Shown: positions 18,229 to 29,594, counted from the stretch's first letter. The stretch is 64,000 nucleotides of DNA from Longimicrobiales bacterium (GCA_965238005.1 OZ250165.1:4256001-4320000); one strand, 5' to 3'. The notes: a model not told the origin generated them from the sequence alone. A program made the numbers and translations.

Positions 18229-19116
18229 CTACCAGTTCCAAACGAAGTTCACCAAGGGGAGGGCCACGTCTAGGGAGCCATCCACAAACGGCAAGAGCAG
18301 GCCGAGGTCTGCCGAGAGGCGCTCACCAAAGAACCGGGGACCAAACGAGAGTAGCACGTCTCCACTGGGAAGCAGGTAGTTCTCCGTTATGAACTTGGTC
18401 CGCCGCCCCACCCGGGTCTCACCCCCAAGCATGATGGCCGGGTTGTCGGCGAGATCGCCGTCGACCCAGCCATAGCCCAGCCCGAGACTGATCGCGCTGT
18501 CGGGGCCGCCACTCGTGACGACTCCGTACAAGATCCCCGCACTACCGTCTCCCCCAATCGTGCTGAATGCAAGCACACCGACCGCCAAGTCTGTCCGGGC
18601 GTTGCTCGCGAGGCACAGCTTCGGCGCGAACCAGAAGATCCGCTCTCCTTCGTCTCCTCCGAAAAATAGAGGCGTGCCACCGGACAGGATCAGCCGGTCG
18701 GTCACACCAAAGCTGAGAAACGGCATGACCAGCTCGAAGACCGAGAAGTAACCTCCTCCAGCTGGCAGAGTTCGAGCGGTAGGCCCGAAGAAAAGACGCG
18801 TACGGTTCGGATCGGCGCGCCAGAATGCGCCCTGCCGTACCCGTGCGCGGGCGATAGACAAACTCCGTACGTCGGCGTGTGGGACTTGGATCTCGATTCC
18901 CGCCACGAGCCGGAACGTGGCCGGGTCTGAGGCGTCCAAGACACGCCCAAAGAAAACGCTACCATCGCTCAGCACTAGTTCCTGAACCTGCCCTTCCGCA
19001 GGGACCTGGATGTTCACGACTTGGGCCTCGAGAGGGAGCGAAAGCAGTGCCCCGGCCAGCGACGAAGTCACCAGGATGGTGCGCAGTCTCCTCTCGCCCC
19101 CTGGGCGATCGGCCAT
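18229..19116 (-). CDS. Hypothetical secreted, possible outer-membrane protein
   Basis: Signal peptide ending LEA-Q, DPNRTRLFFGPTARTL, terminal aromatic FVWNW. Confidence 0.65.
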   Translation of the reverse strand: MADRPGGERRLRTILVTSSLAGALLSLPLEAQVVNIQVPAEGQVQELVLSDGSVFFGRVLDASDPATFRLVAGIEIQVPHADVRSLSIARARVRQGAFWRADPNRTRLFFGPTARTLPAGGGYFSVFELVMPFLSFGVTDRLILSGGTPLFFGGDEGERIFWFAPKLCLASNARTDLAVGVLAFSTIGGDGSAGILYGVVTSGGPDSAISLGLGYGWVDGDLADNPAIMLGGETRVGRRTKFITENYLLPSGDVLLSFGPRFFGERLSADLGLLLPFVDGSLDVALPLVNFVWNW

Positions 19117-19288
19117 GACTTTCCTCGGCCTTAGCTCAGGGCTCACCGGGGGGAGATCTCGGACTCGACGAGGTGGTGACCTGGGGCTTGGTGGCGGCGA
19201 GCCTTGCGGACCTTTCGCGTCTAGCCGTGAGGCGCTTGATGATGCGAGGAGCATATAATGGCCGACACAGCGAAGCACACGAGCACCA

Positions 19289-22200
19289 TCATTCTCTTTG
19301 TGTTGAGGCGCGACGGGGAGGCGAAACGGTCGGCACGCGCGGCGGCCAGAGGCTTTCAGCGTTCAGCTCCTCGTAGAGGGACGGCAGCTCCGACTGAATC
19401 AGGCCGTTGAGCACCTCCACGAGCTCGGTCCCCTCCTCGAAGGCCCAATCGAGGGCCCGACGCTCGTCGGGACGAGGTGCCCCTTCGTATTCCCTGATGT
19501 CGCCACCCAGGTGAGGTATAGGGTCGATGCTGCCCTGAACATCACGGGCTTCGTCCTGGATCTCCTCCAACTGGTCGGCCAACTCCTTCAGGCGATCGCC
19601 CAGGCCCTCGGGCACGGGATCATCCTGCCTCTTGGCCAGTGTGCCCTGGACCTCATCGAGCTGCTCCTTGAGCCGGCGGGCGGCCTTCTCGGACGCATCC
19701 ATGGCCCTCTGGAGGTCCCGAATGGTGAGCAGGGCGTCATGGCGAGCCCGCCTGTCGGCGTCGGAGACGGCTATCTCCGGGTCAGGCCCCACGACGATAT
19801 TGCCGGTGAGGCGCAGGGGCTGGTCGGAGCCCGAGCCACCGACTCCCCCGGAGCCACCGCGACGGACCGTCACCTGCACAGAGTAGTCCCCCGGCAGCAC
19901 CGGAGGGCCGCTGGGTATCCCGGCGTAGCCGAAGGTCTGCCCCTCCTCCGGCTCGAAGGGCGGCTCCATCAGAAGATCCCAGGTGACGCGGTTGATGCCC
20001 CGCTTCCCGGACCCCTCCAGCTTCCGAACCTGCTCGCCGCTGGCATCCCGGATGCTGATCTCCACCTCATCCGCCGCCTCCCGGAGGTAGTAGGTGATCC
20101 GGGCACCGTAGTCTGGGTTGGGGGCAAAGAACTGACCCCTGCCGAACCAACCCTGTGGGCTGTTCATATGGAACAGTCGGGCAGGTTGCCCAGGTAGCAG
20201 CTGTCCGTCGCTGCCCAGCACCTCCTCTGTGAGGGCCTCCAGGGGCCCGATGTCGTCGAGGATCCAGATGCTGCGCCCATGGGTGCCGACGATCAGGTCG
20301 TTGTCCCGGGGGTGGATCACCAGATCGTCCACCGGCACCGGGGGCAGATTGTTGTTCAGCGACGCCCAGCTCTCTCCCCGATCGATCGATACATGCACCC
20401 CCTTCTCGTGACCCACGAATAGTAAGTTCGGGTTCCGGTGATGCTCCTGGATGACGTTCACCGAGGTCTCCTCCGGCAGCCCGTTCGTCAACGACCGCCA
20501 CATCCGGCCGTAGTTGTCCGACACGTACACGTAGGGCTTGTAGTCGTCGTTGGCATGGCCATCGAAGGTGGCGTACACGCGCCCCGGAGCATGAGCCGAG
20601 ACAACCATCCCGCTCACATAGGTGAACGGAGGAAGGCCGGGGATGTCGGTGATGTTGGTCCAGTTCGCCCCTCCATCCCGGGTCAGGTGCACCTGACCAT
20701 CGTCACTGCCGGTGTAGAGTACCTCCGGTTCCAGTGGCGACTCACTGACGGTCGTGAGGTTGCCGTAGGAGGAGACCCCGTCGTGACGGGAGAGGGCTTC
20801 GTCGGTGACCTTTCGACCCATTATCTCCAGCTCGTCCCGGTCGATGGCGCTGGTCAGATCCGGGCTGATCTCCTCCCAGGTGACCCCACGATCGGTGGAC
20901 CGGTGAACATGGTTCGAGCCCACGTAGATCGTCGCCGGATCACGGGTCGACATGACGATGGGGGTATTCCAGTTCCAGCGGTATCCGTCGTCGTCATCCT
21001 CGGGCTTGGCCTTGGGCATCGGTCGGAGCTGCTGACGATGCATGGTGGTGAGATCGAGCCGGTAGATCCGTCCTCCCTGCCATTCCAGGAACAGAATCGT
21101 ATGGTCGTTGGGATCGATCTCGGCGTTGAAGCCGTCGCCACCGCCCACGTTGTAGACATCGTGGTTGGTGATGCCGTCGCGGCTGCGGGTGGCGGACGGG
21201 ACGCACCAGGAGCCGTTGTCCTGGAGGCCGCCGCAGACGTAATACGGATCCCGCATGTCGACGCCGATCTCGTAGAACTGGCCGATGGGAAGGTTGTCGA
21301 TGAACCTCCAGGTTTCTCCTCGATCCCAAGACATCATCACGCCGCCGTCGTTGCCCAAAAGCTGGCGGTTGGAGTTTCGCGGGTCGATCCACAACGCGTG
21401 GTTGTCCGGATGAACGCCTCCGCCACCAAAGGCGTGACCTTCGATCCATGTACTCCACAGTGGGGCGGTGAAGGTTCGGCCACCGTCGTCGGAGACGTGA
21501 AGGCGCTGGCCGAGCACGTAGACACGGTCAGGGTCGTTGGGGTCGACGCGGATCTGGCTGTAGTACGAGGGCCTGGGGTTGAGGGTGTTGACCTGCTCCC
21601 AGCTCTCCCCACGATCGGTGCTGCGAAACACGCCACCCTTCAGCTCGCTCTCCGGCCGCGGCGGAGCACCGAATCCTCCCCGAGGATCGGCCTCCACGAT
21701 CGCGTACACCAGCCGCGGATCCTTCGGATAGATCGCCAGGCCGATCCGACCCATCTCCCCCTCGGGCAGACCCTCGGTGAGCTCCTCCCAGCTCTCGCCG
21801 CCGTCCACGGTGCGGTACAGGCCACTGCCCGGCCCCCCACCGGCAAAACCCCAGTTGCTCCGCTGGCGCTGATACATCGCCGCAAGCAGGGTCTTCGGAT
21901 CCAGCGGATCCATCACCAGATCGACGGCCCCAGTGTGCTGATCCACGTACAGCACCTTCTCCCAGCTCTCACCCCCGTCCGTAGTCCGGTACACCCCACG
22001 CTCCTCGTTCGGACCCCACAGATGCCCCACCGCAGCCACATACACCACGTCGGGGTTGGTCGGGTGGATCACGATCCGCCCCACGTGCCGGGTCTCCTTC
22101 AACCCCACGTGCTGCCAGCTCCGGGCGCCGTCGACCGACACGTACACCCCGTCCCCCCAGGGCGAGCTCTGCCGGTTGTTCGCCTCCCCGGTGCCCACCC

Positions 22201-22606
22201 ACACGATGTTGGGGTTGGAGGGAGCTACCGCCACATCGCCGATCGACAGCAACCCGTCGACCTCATCGAACACCGGCTCCCAGGTGGTCCCCTCGTTGCT
22301 CGAGGCCCACAGTCCGCCGCTGGCGGTGGCGGCGTAGATGACGTCCGGGGCTTCCGGCCTCAGGGCCACAGCGAAATCCACCGTCCGGCCCCCATGGTTG
22401 GCGGGGCCGATGCTGCGCCATTTCAATCCGGCGAAGAGGGTGTCGTCCAGCTCCGATCGCCCCTGGGCAAGCGTTGCCAGAACGCTTGAGTCACCGAGGG
22501 CGGCCGGCCCCGGGTCACCGCTGGCAGCCGGCACCGGGACGGCAAGGCCGGAGCTGCCTGCGAACACAACAGCCAAGAGTATGACGGTCACTCCGTGGGG
22601 TTTCAT
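19289..22606 (-). CDS. VPS10/BNR-repeat beta-propeller glycosyl hydrolase-like protein
   Basis: WRSIGPA..GGR, multiple SxDxGxTW Asp-boxes, GGLQDNG, THGRS. Confidence 0.9.
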   Translation of the reverse strand: MKPHGVTVILLAVVFAGSSGLAVPVPAASGDPGPAALGDSSVLATLAQGRSELDDTLFAGLKWRSIGPANHGGRTVDFAVALRPEAPDVIYAATASGGLWASSNEGTTWEPVFDEVDGLLSIGDVAVAPSNPNIVWVGTGEANNRQSSPWGDGVYVSVDGARSWQHVGLKETRHVGRIVIHPTNPDVVYVAAVGHLWGPNEERGVYRTTDGGESWEKVLYVDQHTGAVDLVMDPLDPKTLLAAMYQRQRSNWGFAGGGPGSGLYRTVDGGESWEELTEGLPEGEMGRIGLAIYPKDPRLVYAIVEADPRGGFGAPPRPESELKGGVFRSTDRGESWEQVNTLNPRPSYYSQIRVDPNDPDRVYVLGQRLHVSDDGGRTFTAPLWSTWIEGHAFGGGGVHPDNHALWIDPRNSNRQLLGNDGGVMMSWDRGETWRFIDNLPIGQFYEIGVDMRDPYYVCGGLQDNGSWCVPSATRSRDGITNHDVYNVGGGDGFNAEIDPNDHTILFLEWQGGRIYRLDLTTMHRQQLRPMPKAKPEDDDDGYRWNWNTPIVMSTRDPATIYVGSNHVHRSTDRGVTWEEISPDLTSAIDRDELEIMGRKVTDEALSRHDGVSSYGNLTTVSESPLEPEVLYTGSDDGQVHLTRDGGANWTNITDIPGLPPFTYVSGMVVSAHAPGRVYATFDGHANDDYKPYVYVSDNYGRMWRSLTNGLPEETSVNVIQEHHRNPNLLFVGHEKGVHVSIDRGESWASLNNNLPPVPVDDLVIHPRDNDLIVGTHGRSIWILDDIGPLEALTEEVLGSDGQLLPGQPARLFHMNSPQGWFGRGQFFAPNPDYGARITYYLREAADEVEISIRDASGEQVRKLEGSGKRGINRVTWDLLMEPPFEPEEGQTFGYAGIPSGPPVLPGDYSVQVTVRRGGSGGVGGSGSDQPLRLTGNIVVGPDPEIAVSDADRRARHDALLTIRDLQRAMDASEKAARRLKEQLDEVQGTLAKRQDDPVPEGLGDRLKELADQLEEIQDEARDVQGSIDPIPHLGGDIREYEGAPRPDERRALDWAFEEGTELVEVLNGLIQSELPSLYEELNAESLWPPRVPTVSPPRRASTQRE

Positions 22607-22721
22607 GGGGGCCTCCCTGGATGATCCGACGGCGTAGCGATGATGCGAACCCTAACCGCCATGCCGAACCCGCCACAAGCGGGCGTTCGTCGTGAACAAA
22701 GTCTTCTTGGACACAAACCCT

Positions 22722-22754
22722 CGTACGTATATTCACGATATAAAGATACGTACG
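22722..22754. promoter_or_regulatory. AT-rich inverted repeat in a divergent intergenic region
   Basis: cgtacgtat-N15-atacgtacg, perfect 9-bp arms. Confidence 0.45.
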
Positions 22755-22897
22755 GTTCGAGAGCAATAGACCGAGCGAAGTGCCCAAGCATCAATCCCGT
22801 GGTAGCTTTGACCCATGTCTGATTCCCCGGAGCCGGTATCGTCCAGCCCCTTCAGGCGCCCGCCCGGTCCTCGGAATCCCCTGAACCGGCGGCGTAG

Positions 22898-24745
22898 GTG
22901 ACGGTTCGGCCGCGGGATACCACTTTCGACCAGGCGAGGCCGACGCTGCCCTCGTGGCGCGCGGCCTTGGTCCTAGGGGCATTGGCAGCCCTGCCTGTCC
23001 TCTATTTCCGGGTCCGACTCCCTGCTGCGACCGACCTCGCGCTCCACCTCGCGATGGCGGGACAGTTCGCGCGTGGCGTTGCGGAGGGGCATTGGTACCC
23101 CCGCTGGTATGGCGACTTCAACCTGGGGTGGGGTGGGCCGACGGGCTACTTCTACCCGCCCGCCTTATCTGCGCTGACCGCATTTTTCTCGTGGATTGCG
23201 GGCGGGCGATTGATGGCGGGACTGACAGTGGCCTTGGGGGTCTTCTCGTTCCTCGGTGCATGTGGGGTCTACACCTTGGCCCGGGCGCTCCAGGCGGGCC
23301 GTTACGCATGGCTCGCGGTCGGTCTTTGGCTCATTACGCCCTTCAGGGCCTTCGAGCTCTACTCGTCCGGACTGTTGTCTTGCCTGGCAGGCGGCGGTCT
23401 GGCCGCGTGGGTATTGGTTGCGCTTCACCGGTTGGAGGTGGCCCCACCCTCGGAGAGGGCGCGTGCCGTATCGTTCTTCGCCCTCGCCTATGGATTGCTG
23501 GCTCTCACAAATCTCCCGTACGTGGTCATGGCAACTTATCTCGTGGCGGCTTGGGTGGTGATTCGTAGCGCGTTGCGCGAGGAGTTGAGTGGCTCCCTCC
23601 AGATCGTCGTGGCCGGCGTGCTCGGCGCTGCCGTCGCTGGGGTCTACCTGCTACCGATGCTTGTACATCTTCCCCAGATGTTCGTACCCCAGACCGTGAA
23701 TGCCGAGTGGTGGCGCCTCAACTTCCTGTTCGACAGCGACGCGTGGATGATGCCGCGGCTTAGGCGGACGCTCGAGGACGCAGCACTCCTGCCCGCGAGT
23801 GGACTCGTCATGAGCCTCGCAATTCTGGGGGTCCTACGGAGATCGGGTCCCGTCGAACGGATCGGCGCCTCCGCTGGGCCCGACGTCATGGAGACGGAAC
23901 CCTCCCCGGACCCGCGGCGCGCCGCCTCGAGCGGGGTCCGACTGCTGGCTACGTTCGGCGTCCTTTCCCTCGTCCTGACGACCCCATTGTCGACGGTGTT
24001 CTGGGCGACACTGCCGGTCCTACACGAGACCCTTTTACCGTGGCGTTTTCTGGAAGTGGTGGCGGTTTCCTGGGCCGTGCTGACGGGCGTCGCGATACGG
24101 GCCGTGGTGTCGAGCGCGATCGACGCCCGGTCTTCTCCGGGCCGCGCAAGCGATTTGGCCGTTCTGGTGCTCGCCGGTGGCCTCGTCGTCGTCGGTGTAC
24201 TCACCCGTGTATCATTCGGCTCGATTGCGCGGATGACCCCGGTCGTCGAAGCATTCCACTCCGGAGAGCTCTCGGGTGAAGCCCTCGCTCGGACCTTCCA
24301 CGCCCGTCAGTCTTTTTTCTTGCCGAGCACCGGGGTCGATCCCACGACGCTCCCGGATCAGCCTCCGGTGCTTCCGTTGACGGCTGGATGCCACGTTTCA
24401 CTGGAGGCCTGGGACCAGGCGGAGCGCCTCTTCACGGTCGAGAGCGACGGACCCTGCGAGGTGGCGCTCCGAACCTACCACTTTCCGGGATGGAAAGCCG
24501 AGAGTGCCACGGAGAATGGCACGCGTCCGGTCGGGGTGAGACCGGACGCGGACGGCGGTCGCCTTCTGGTCTCGGTACCGGAGGGTGAGTCGCGCATCCG
24601 CGTCTGGTTCGCGAGTGGGGGGCCGACGGTGCTGGGGGCCGTGCTCAGCGTCGCCGCGTTGACGGTCTGCGTCGGGTTGGGTCGCCGCCCTGCCTCCGGT
24701 CGCGGCCGGCGCACGGAGATTGGGCCGGATCCTTGCACCCCGTAG
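22898..24745 (+). CDS. GT-C fold / 'PTPS-related' polytopic membrane protein
   Basis: DLALH...G.WYPRW...N.GWGGP..FYPP, many TMs, LPWRFL, YHFPGW. Confidence 0.75.
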   Translation: MTVRPRDTTFDQARPTLPSWRAALVLGALAALPVLYFRVRLPAATDLALHLAMAGQFARGVAEGHWYPRWYGDFNLGWGGPTGYFYPPALSALTAFFSWIAGGRLMAGLTVALGVFSFLGACGVYTLARALQAGRYAWLAVGLWLITPFRAFELYSSGLLSCLAGGGLAAWVLVALHRLEVAPPSERARAVSFFALAYGLLALTNLPYVVMATYLVAAWVVIRSALREELSGSLQIVVAGVLGAAVAGVYLLPMLVHLPQMFVPQTVNAEWWRLNFLFDSDAWMMPRLRRTLEDAALLPASGLVMSLAILGVLRRSGPVERIGASAGPDVMETEPSPDPRRAASSGVRLLATFGVLSLVLTTPLSTVFWATLPVLHETLLPWRFLEVVAVSWAVLTGVAIRAVVSSAIDARSSPGRASDLAVLVLAGGLVVVGVLTRVSFGSIARMTPVVEAFHSGELSGEALARTFHARQSFFLPSTGVDPTTLPDQPPVLPLTAGCHVSLEAWDQAERLFTVESDGPCEVALRTYHFPGWKAESATENGTRPVGVRPDADGGRLLVSVPEGESRIRVWFASGGPTVLGAVLSVAALTVCVGLGRRPASGRGRRTEIGPDPCTP

Positions 24746-24783
24746 GGCTTTTGACTTGCCCTTGTATTGCAATCGTTTCCCAG

Positions 24784-24827
24784 TGAGCCGGGTGAGTCTC
24801 GAACCCACGACCTACGGATAAAAGTCC
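24784..24827 (-). repeat. Degenerate 3' half of tRNA-Lys (att scar)
   Basis: GGACTTTT-ATCCGTAGGTCGTGGGTTCGAGACTCACCCGGCTCA; no 5' half. Confidence 0.7.
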
Positions 24828-24858
24828 CATCCGCTCCGGACCCCAGGCCAGACGCGAT

Positions 24859-25041
24859 TCAGAAGTGCCAGAAAAGCGAAACCTTGAGGCGCGCGTCGAG
24901 CTCTTCATCGTTGATCGGAACGCTGACGCCGATGCCGATGAACAGCGGCGACTCCGGGAGCGGAGCCACCTTCGCTCCCGGCGAGACCGCAACCACTCCC
25001 TCTCCAGCCTCTTCGCCGCTCAGACCGATTATGCCATTCAA
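24859..25041 (-). pseudogene. C-terminal remnant of an outer-membrane transporter-like protein
   Basis: VAVSPGAKV..LFIGIGVSVPI...VSLFWHF; no N-terminus. Confidence 0.4.
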
Positions 25042-25344
25042 CGGGCGGTTGCATGAAAGCTTTTCATCGTCCGACCTCCTTCTATGAAGCTTTAGGTACT
25101 GGCCGGTGGGTCTTCGACGCCACCTTGTTAGCCAGAACGTGTTCGTAGGTTAGTGCGCGCAATCTCCAAGATCCTACAGATTGTTCTGTGAGTAGTGCGT
25201 CGACGCCGGTGAACCGCCTGATCCAGGGAACGGGTGCATAGGGTCCCGTATTCTCCCCATGAAAGAGAGGCGCTTGCACTGGGCATCCCGTGTTACAGCG
25301 CAGGTGCCCTCCTGCGGCGCGGTTGACGTGATGGGAGACTAGCG

Positions 25345-26088
25345 ATGGCGGAGGAGGCGACACAGGGCATCCTGCTAGTGTCCGATATCAGCGGCTACAC
25401 GGACTTCGTCCGCCAGCACGCCCGTTCGGCCGGCCACGCTCGGCAGATCACGGTGCACTTCCTCAAGGCGATCGTTGCCGCGTCGAGTCCGCCGCTTTCG
25501 GTGGCAGAGCTGGAAGGCGACGCGGTGTTCTTCTACGCCCTCGGGTCGGAAGAGGAGCTGCCCGAGTTGGCCAGGCAGGTGAAGGACCAGATCCCGAGGC
25601 TCTTCCGAGCTTTTGCAAAGGAGATGGCGGTTCTGAGCTCAGGGCCAAAGTGTAGCTGCCACGCCTGTGCGGGCATCGGAGACCTGCGCCTCAAGCAGGT
25701 AGTCCACACAGGCGAGGTAGCCGTGGACAAGATCGGTCGCTTCGAGAAGCTGTTCGGACTCGACGTCATCATCGTCCACCGAATGCTGAAGAACTCGGTG
25801 CCGGAGAGGGAGTACCTGATGGTGTCCGAGTCCGCGTTCTCCAACTTCGGCGATTTTTTTGGCCTCGAGCCGGAGCGACGCGTGGTGGAGCTGGAGGGGA
25901 TCGGAGAGCTCCGGACGATGGTGTTCTTTGCGGAGCAGCTGGCGTTGGTGCAGGAGGAGCTCGACAACGAGGAAGGACCGATTCCGGACCCCTCTCTCGC
26001 TCAAATACTTCGCTGGAAGCTCGCCCTCCTGGTCCGCACCCTCCTCGACATGGTCACACGGCGAAGCCCGCCGGGCGAAGCGCGTTGA
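25345..26088 (+). CDS. DUF2652 / nucleotidyl-cyclase-like protein
   Basis: LVSDISGYT, ELEGDAV, CSCHAC, LKQVVHTGE, LFGLDVIIVHRMLKN. Confidence 0.8.
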   Translation: MAEEATQGILLVSDISGYTDFVRQHARSAGHARQITVHFLKAIVAASSPPLSVAELEGDAVFFYALGSEEELPELARQVKDQIPRLFRAFAKEMAVLSSGPKCSCHACAGIGDLRLKQVVHTGEVAVDKIGRFEKLFGLDVIIVHRMLKNSVPEREYLMVSESAFSNFGDFFGLEPERRVVELEGIGELRTMVFFAEQLALVQEELDNEEGPIPDPSLAQILRWKLALLVRTLLDMVTRRSPPGEAR

Positions 26089-26094
26089 CTGGAG

Positions 26095-26676
26095 CTATAA
26101 CAGAGCAAAGATGGGTTCCCGAACTCCCTTGACGCCCCACGAAATGCAGACCAACAGCCACGCGATCGCCAACGCACCGTGGAACGCCCGATTGTTGCTG
26201 CGGATCCCGATGGCAAACGCGACGGTAAACACCACGAGAGAAACTAGGTGGAGCGGTACCCAGCCAGAGCCGAGCGCCTGCTGCTCCAGCGCGGCGTCTG
26301 TAAAATCGACCGCCTGAAACACCAGGCATACCATGAAGAACCGGGGTCGATTCGCCTCGAAGTGAACGCGGAAGTCGATGATCTCCGCACCTCTCACTGG
26401 GTAGAGCAGTCCGCTCATGAGATACAGGACCACGGAGTACGCTACGAGGTTCAGGAAGTGGAGAAGCGTCCACTCTTGGATGGCAGTGAGGCTGAAGTTG
26501 AACCACCAGACCAGGAGCGTCGTAACGAATACGTTGGCCGTCCATACGGCATGGATCCAATCCATTCGTTCGCGGATCCTCGTGTCCAGGATCAGCGAGA
26601 CGCCGCTGAGGAGGTGAACGACAGCGAGGCCAAGTATCACTGAGACGAAGACGGTCAGATACTCGTATGGATCCAT
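26095..26676 (-). CDS. Hypothetical membrane protein
   Basis: YEYLTVFVSVILGLA, WIHAVW, multiple TMs. Confidence 0.75.
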   Translation of the reverse strand: MDPYEYLTVFVSVILGLAVVHLLSGVSLILDTRIRERMDWIHAVWTANVFVTTLLVWWFNFSLTAIQEWTLLHFLNLVAYSVVLYLMSGLLYPVRGAEIIDFRVHFEANRPRFFMVCLVFQAVDFTDAALEQQALGSGWVPLHLVSLVVFTVAFAIGIRSNNRAFHGALAIAWLLVCISWGVKGVREPIFALL

Positions 26677-27219
26677 TATCAGCTAGTCCGGGGGTTGCCG
26701 TCCTCGGCGAAACGTCGATTCGAGTGATCGGTCCCGTTGACGGCCGGGGACCCGGGACTCTCCTCGCAAGCCAATACGACGGCCAGCAACCAAGCGACCA
26801 GCGATCGCGGCTTAGGACGGAGTCGTCGAACTTCCATGCCAAGAGGAATGCATCACAGTCGCGTGTTCCGTTCCACGCTGTGGACGACACGTTGCACTCC
26901 TATTTCGGTGACTCGGAGAGCGTGGGATGTGCGATCATCGCGTCCCGCAGCGTGGTCCAGGGCAGCCCGCTCGCGTCGAGTCGCTCATGCTCGCTCATGC
27001 TCCCCCCCATCGGTATCCGATCTGTTATGCAACGGGCGAAAGTAAACGGGGCCGGACCGCGGATGTGGCCCGCCCCCGTCGACCTGTGCGCCGTTCGTGT
27101 CGGAAGCCGGTGGATCGGTCTCCGGCAGCGCGACGCGGTGCCCTACCGATCCATTTGCGGCGGAGTCTGCACCCCATCAGGCTTCTCCAGAAGTTTCCGT
27201 TGGAGAAGTGCAGAGGGAT

Positions 27220-28353
27220 TCACTCGTTAGGCTCGTAGGCGCAGAACGGGTCGGACTCCATTAGTGAACCCGTCGTCGCATAGGCTCGGGCACGGGAGCC
27301 GCCGCATGACCAGCGGTACTCGCAGCGCCCACACTTCCCCTGAAGGGCGTCCATGTCCCTCAATCCGGCCAGCTCGGGTGCGTTCCGATAGATCTCCGTC
27401 AGGGACTTCTCGCGCACGTTTGCGAGGAGCGGATGGGGCAGGAATCCCGCCGGGAAGACGTTGCCCTGGTGAGAGACGAAGATGACCCCGTTTCCGTCGC
27501 GCATGCCGAAGGAAAGGCGCTTGCCCATCTTGGCGATCTCCTCTTCGCTCATTCCCTCCGCGAGCTTGCGCTGGATGTGATAGCGCCGGTAGTGGGGAGC
27601 CTCCACAGTGGCGATGTGGAATGGGGCCTCCTGAGCGGTGTCGTAGGCCCACTCGAAAAGCTCCTCGATCTGTTCCGCGCTGGGCATGCCGAGGGTCAAC
27701 CCACGACCGACGGGCACCAGGAGGAAGAGACTCCAGCGCCGCACCGGTGGGGAGGCATAGGCCTTGAGGAACTCGTACATGTCCGGAAGATGGGCGATGG
27801 TGCCGGCGGTGACCGTCGTGTTGATCTGCACAAGCATGCGCGCCTCGCGGGCATACGCCAGAGCGTCCATGGAGTGGGCGAAGGTGCCCTGGACTCCCCG
27901 GAAGGCATCGTGGAGCTCTGCGGTCGGCCCGTCGAGGCTGACCCCCATGGCGGCCACGCCGAGCTCCTTGAAGCGGTGGACCGCCTCCTGCGTCACGGTT
28001 GGGGTCGTGGAGGGGGTGATGGCCACGGGGACCTTGATCTCGCGAGCGTAGGCGATCAGATCGAAAAGATCGGGGCGCTTCATGGGATCTCCACCCGTGA
28101 GGATCACCATGCTTCCCAACTGCTTGATCTCCTCCAGCAGGGCCTTTCCCTCCTCCAACGTCAACTCGAGGGGATCCCGATCTTGGATGGCGTTGGCTCG
28201 GCAGTGCTTGCACGCCAGGTCGCACGCGATTGTGGTCTCCCAATACACGTTCCGGGGGGCATGGTCATAGACGTACCCCGGGAAGCGCGAACCCACTAAA
28301 GATGCCTTGGGGGCGGGACCCGGATGAGCCAACGAGGGGGATGAGGGAGGCAC
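27220..28353 (-). CDS. Radical SAM/SPASM protein (NirJ/Ahb-like, TIGR04053-like)
   Basis: YWETTIACDLACKHC, TGGDP, GKCGRCEYRWSCGGSRARAY, DPFC. Confidence 0.88.
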   Translation of the reverse strand: MPPSSPSLAHPGPAPKASLVGSRFPGYVYDHAPRNVYWETTIACDLACKHCRANAIQDRDPLELTLEEGKALLEEIKQLGSMVILTGGDPMKRPDLFDLIAYAREIKVPVAITPSTTPTVTQEAVHRFKELGVAAMGVSLDGPTAELHDAFRGVQGTFAHSMDALAYAREARMLVQINTTVTAGTIAHLPDMYEFLKAYASPPVRRWSLFLLVPVGRGLTLGMPSAEQIEELFEWAYDTAQEAPFHIATVEAPHYRRYHIQRKLAEGMSEEEIAKMGKRLSFGMRDGNGVIFVSHQGNVFPAGFLPHPLLANVREKSLTEIYRNAPELAGLRDMDALQGKCGRCEYRWSCGGSRARAYATTGSLMESDPFCAYEPNE

Positions 28354-28394
28354 GTGCGTCTCCAGTCCGCGGATCCCGACGCGAGGCCGGCTCG

Positions 28395-29594
28395 TCAGAA
28401 GACGACGCTCGTCATCAGATAGGTGAACGTGTAGTGCCCGGCGTCACGGCCGATCTCGGCCAGGCCACGGCGTCCCCATACATGCGACAATCCGCCGGTC
28501 AGCCGCAGCGCGGAGTTGGATCCATAGGCGAGCGTAACATCGACCTCCTCGGCCAACCTTGCCGTGCCGAGCCCATTCCCCTCCGCCAGACGGAAGGCGT
28601 GGAGATCTGCCCCGATGCTCGTCCCGGCGGGACCGTCGAGGCTCCATTTCAGCGCGAGGTCCCGCAGGCCCCTTCCCCCTGTGTCCCGGGGGATGTTCAG
28701 GAACAGGTCGGCGAAGCCGTAAAACTTGTGGTTCGTGGCGAAGAGGGTCTCGAAGGTTCGCACGGTGCCGTCATCGGGGGCGGCGTCCCCCGACAGGTGG
28801 TCGTACCAGAGTGACAGATCGCCGAGCGGCTGTGGCAGTGCATGTCCCAGGCGCACCCCGAACATCCAGCCGCGCACCCGCTCGCCGGATCGCCGACCGA
28901 GCTGTGCCGCGCCTTCGACGCGATACGCCAGCGCCCCAAGACGCCCGTGGGCGCGCAGACCGGAAGTCCACTGCCGTGTGTCAGCGGGACGCGACCGCGA
29001 GAAGAACCCGAACGTATCCAGGCTGTGGCTCCTCCTGGATGCGACGGCGTAGACCCCGAGGAGAGCCGAGTCCTCCCCCTCGTCGACGGCTTCTTCGGTC
29101 AGTTGGGCTCGAAACACGTCGATGGTGAGAGCAGGGATCCGAAGCGTAGTCCGGATCGCATCGAAAGAGCGGCCCTGCTGTGTCCACCCCACAGCACCCA
29201 TCAGCCGCTCACCCCCGAAAGAGATCTCCTGCCTTCCGATGCGGGCCGACCATCGCTTCCTCAGGGTCACGTCGAAGAACCCTTGATGGAGGTCCAGGTT
29301 GTCGGCGCTGTAGTCGGCCAGAGTGCTCTGCTCCTCCCCCCATGTCCGCACGTCCTGGAACTCGGCGATAATCCTGACGGGGGGTTTCGGACGGGCTTCG
29401 ACCCTGATCCGGAGGCGCATCGTCGTCAGTTCGTACGACGGCCGGACAGGTGCGGTGTGCATCTCGAAACGCGGCCGGATCTGACCGCTGACCGAGACCT
29501 CTTGACCGGCCATCCCGGGCGGGAGGACGGCCAATAGCAGGCCGAGCAGCGAAGCTCGCCAGAGCGACGCTGAGTAACGCCCTGGAGTCCTCAA
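28395..29594 (-). CDS. Alginate-export-family outer-membrane porin
   Basis: [48 protein letters not shown]. Confidence 0.85.
   Translation of the reverse strand: MRTPGRYSASLWRASLLGLLLAVLPPGMAGQEVSVSGQIRPRFEMHTAPVRPSYELTTMRLRIRVEARPKPPVRIIAEFQDVRTWGEEQSTLADYSADNLDLHQGFFDVTLRKRWSARIGRQEISFGGERLMGAVGWTQQGRSFDAIRTTLRIPALTIDVFRAQLTEEAVDEGEDSALLGVYAVASRRSHSLDTFGFFSRSRPADTRQWTSGLRAHGRLGALAYRVEGAAQLGRRSGERVRGWMFGVRLGHALPQPLGDLSLWYDHLSGDAAPDDGTVRTFETLFATNHKFYGFADLFLNIPRDTGGRGLRDLALKWSLDGPAGTSIGADLHAFRLAEGNGLGTARLAEEVDVTLAYGSNSALRLTGGLSHVWGRRGLAEIGRDAGHYTFTYLMTSVVF

Noticed and set aside
25120..25160. Integron attC-like GTTAG cores
   Set aside because: No matching inverse core or hairpin could be built, and there is no intI
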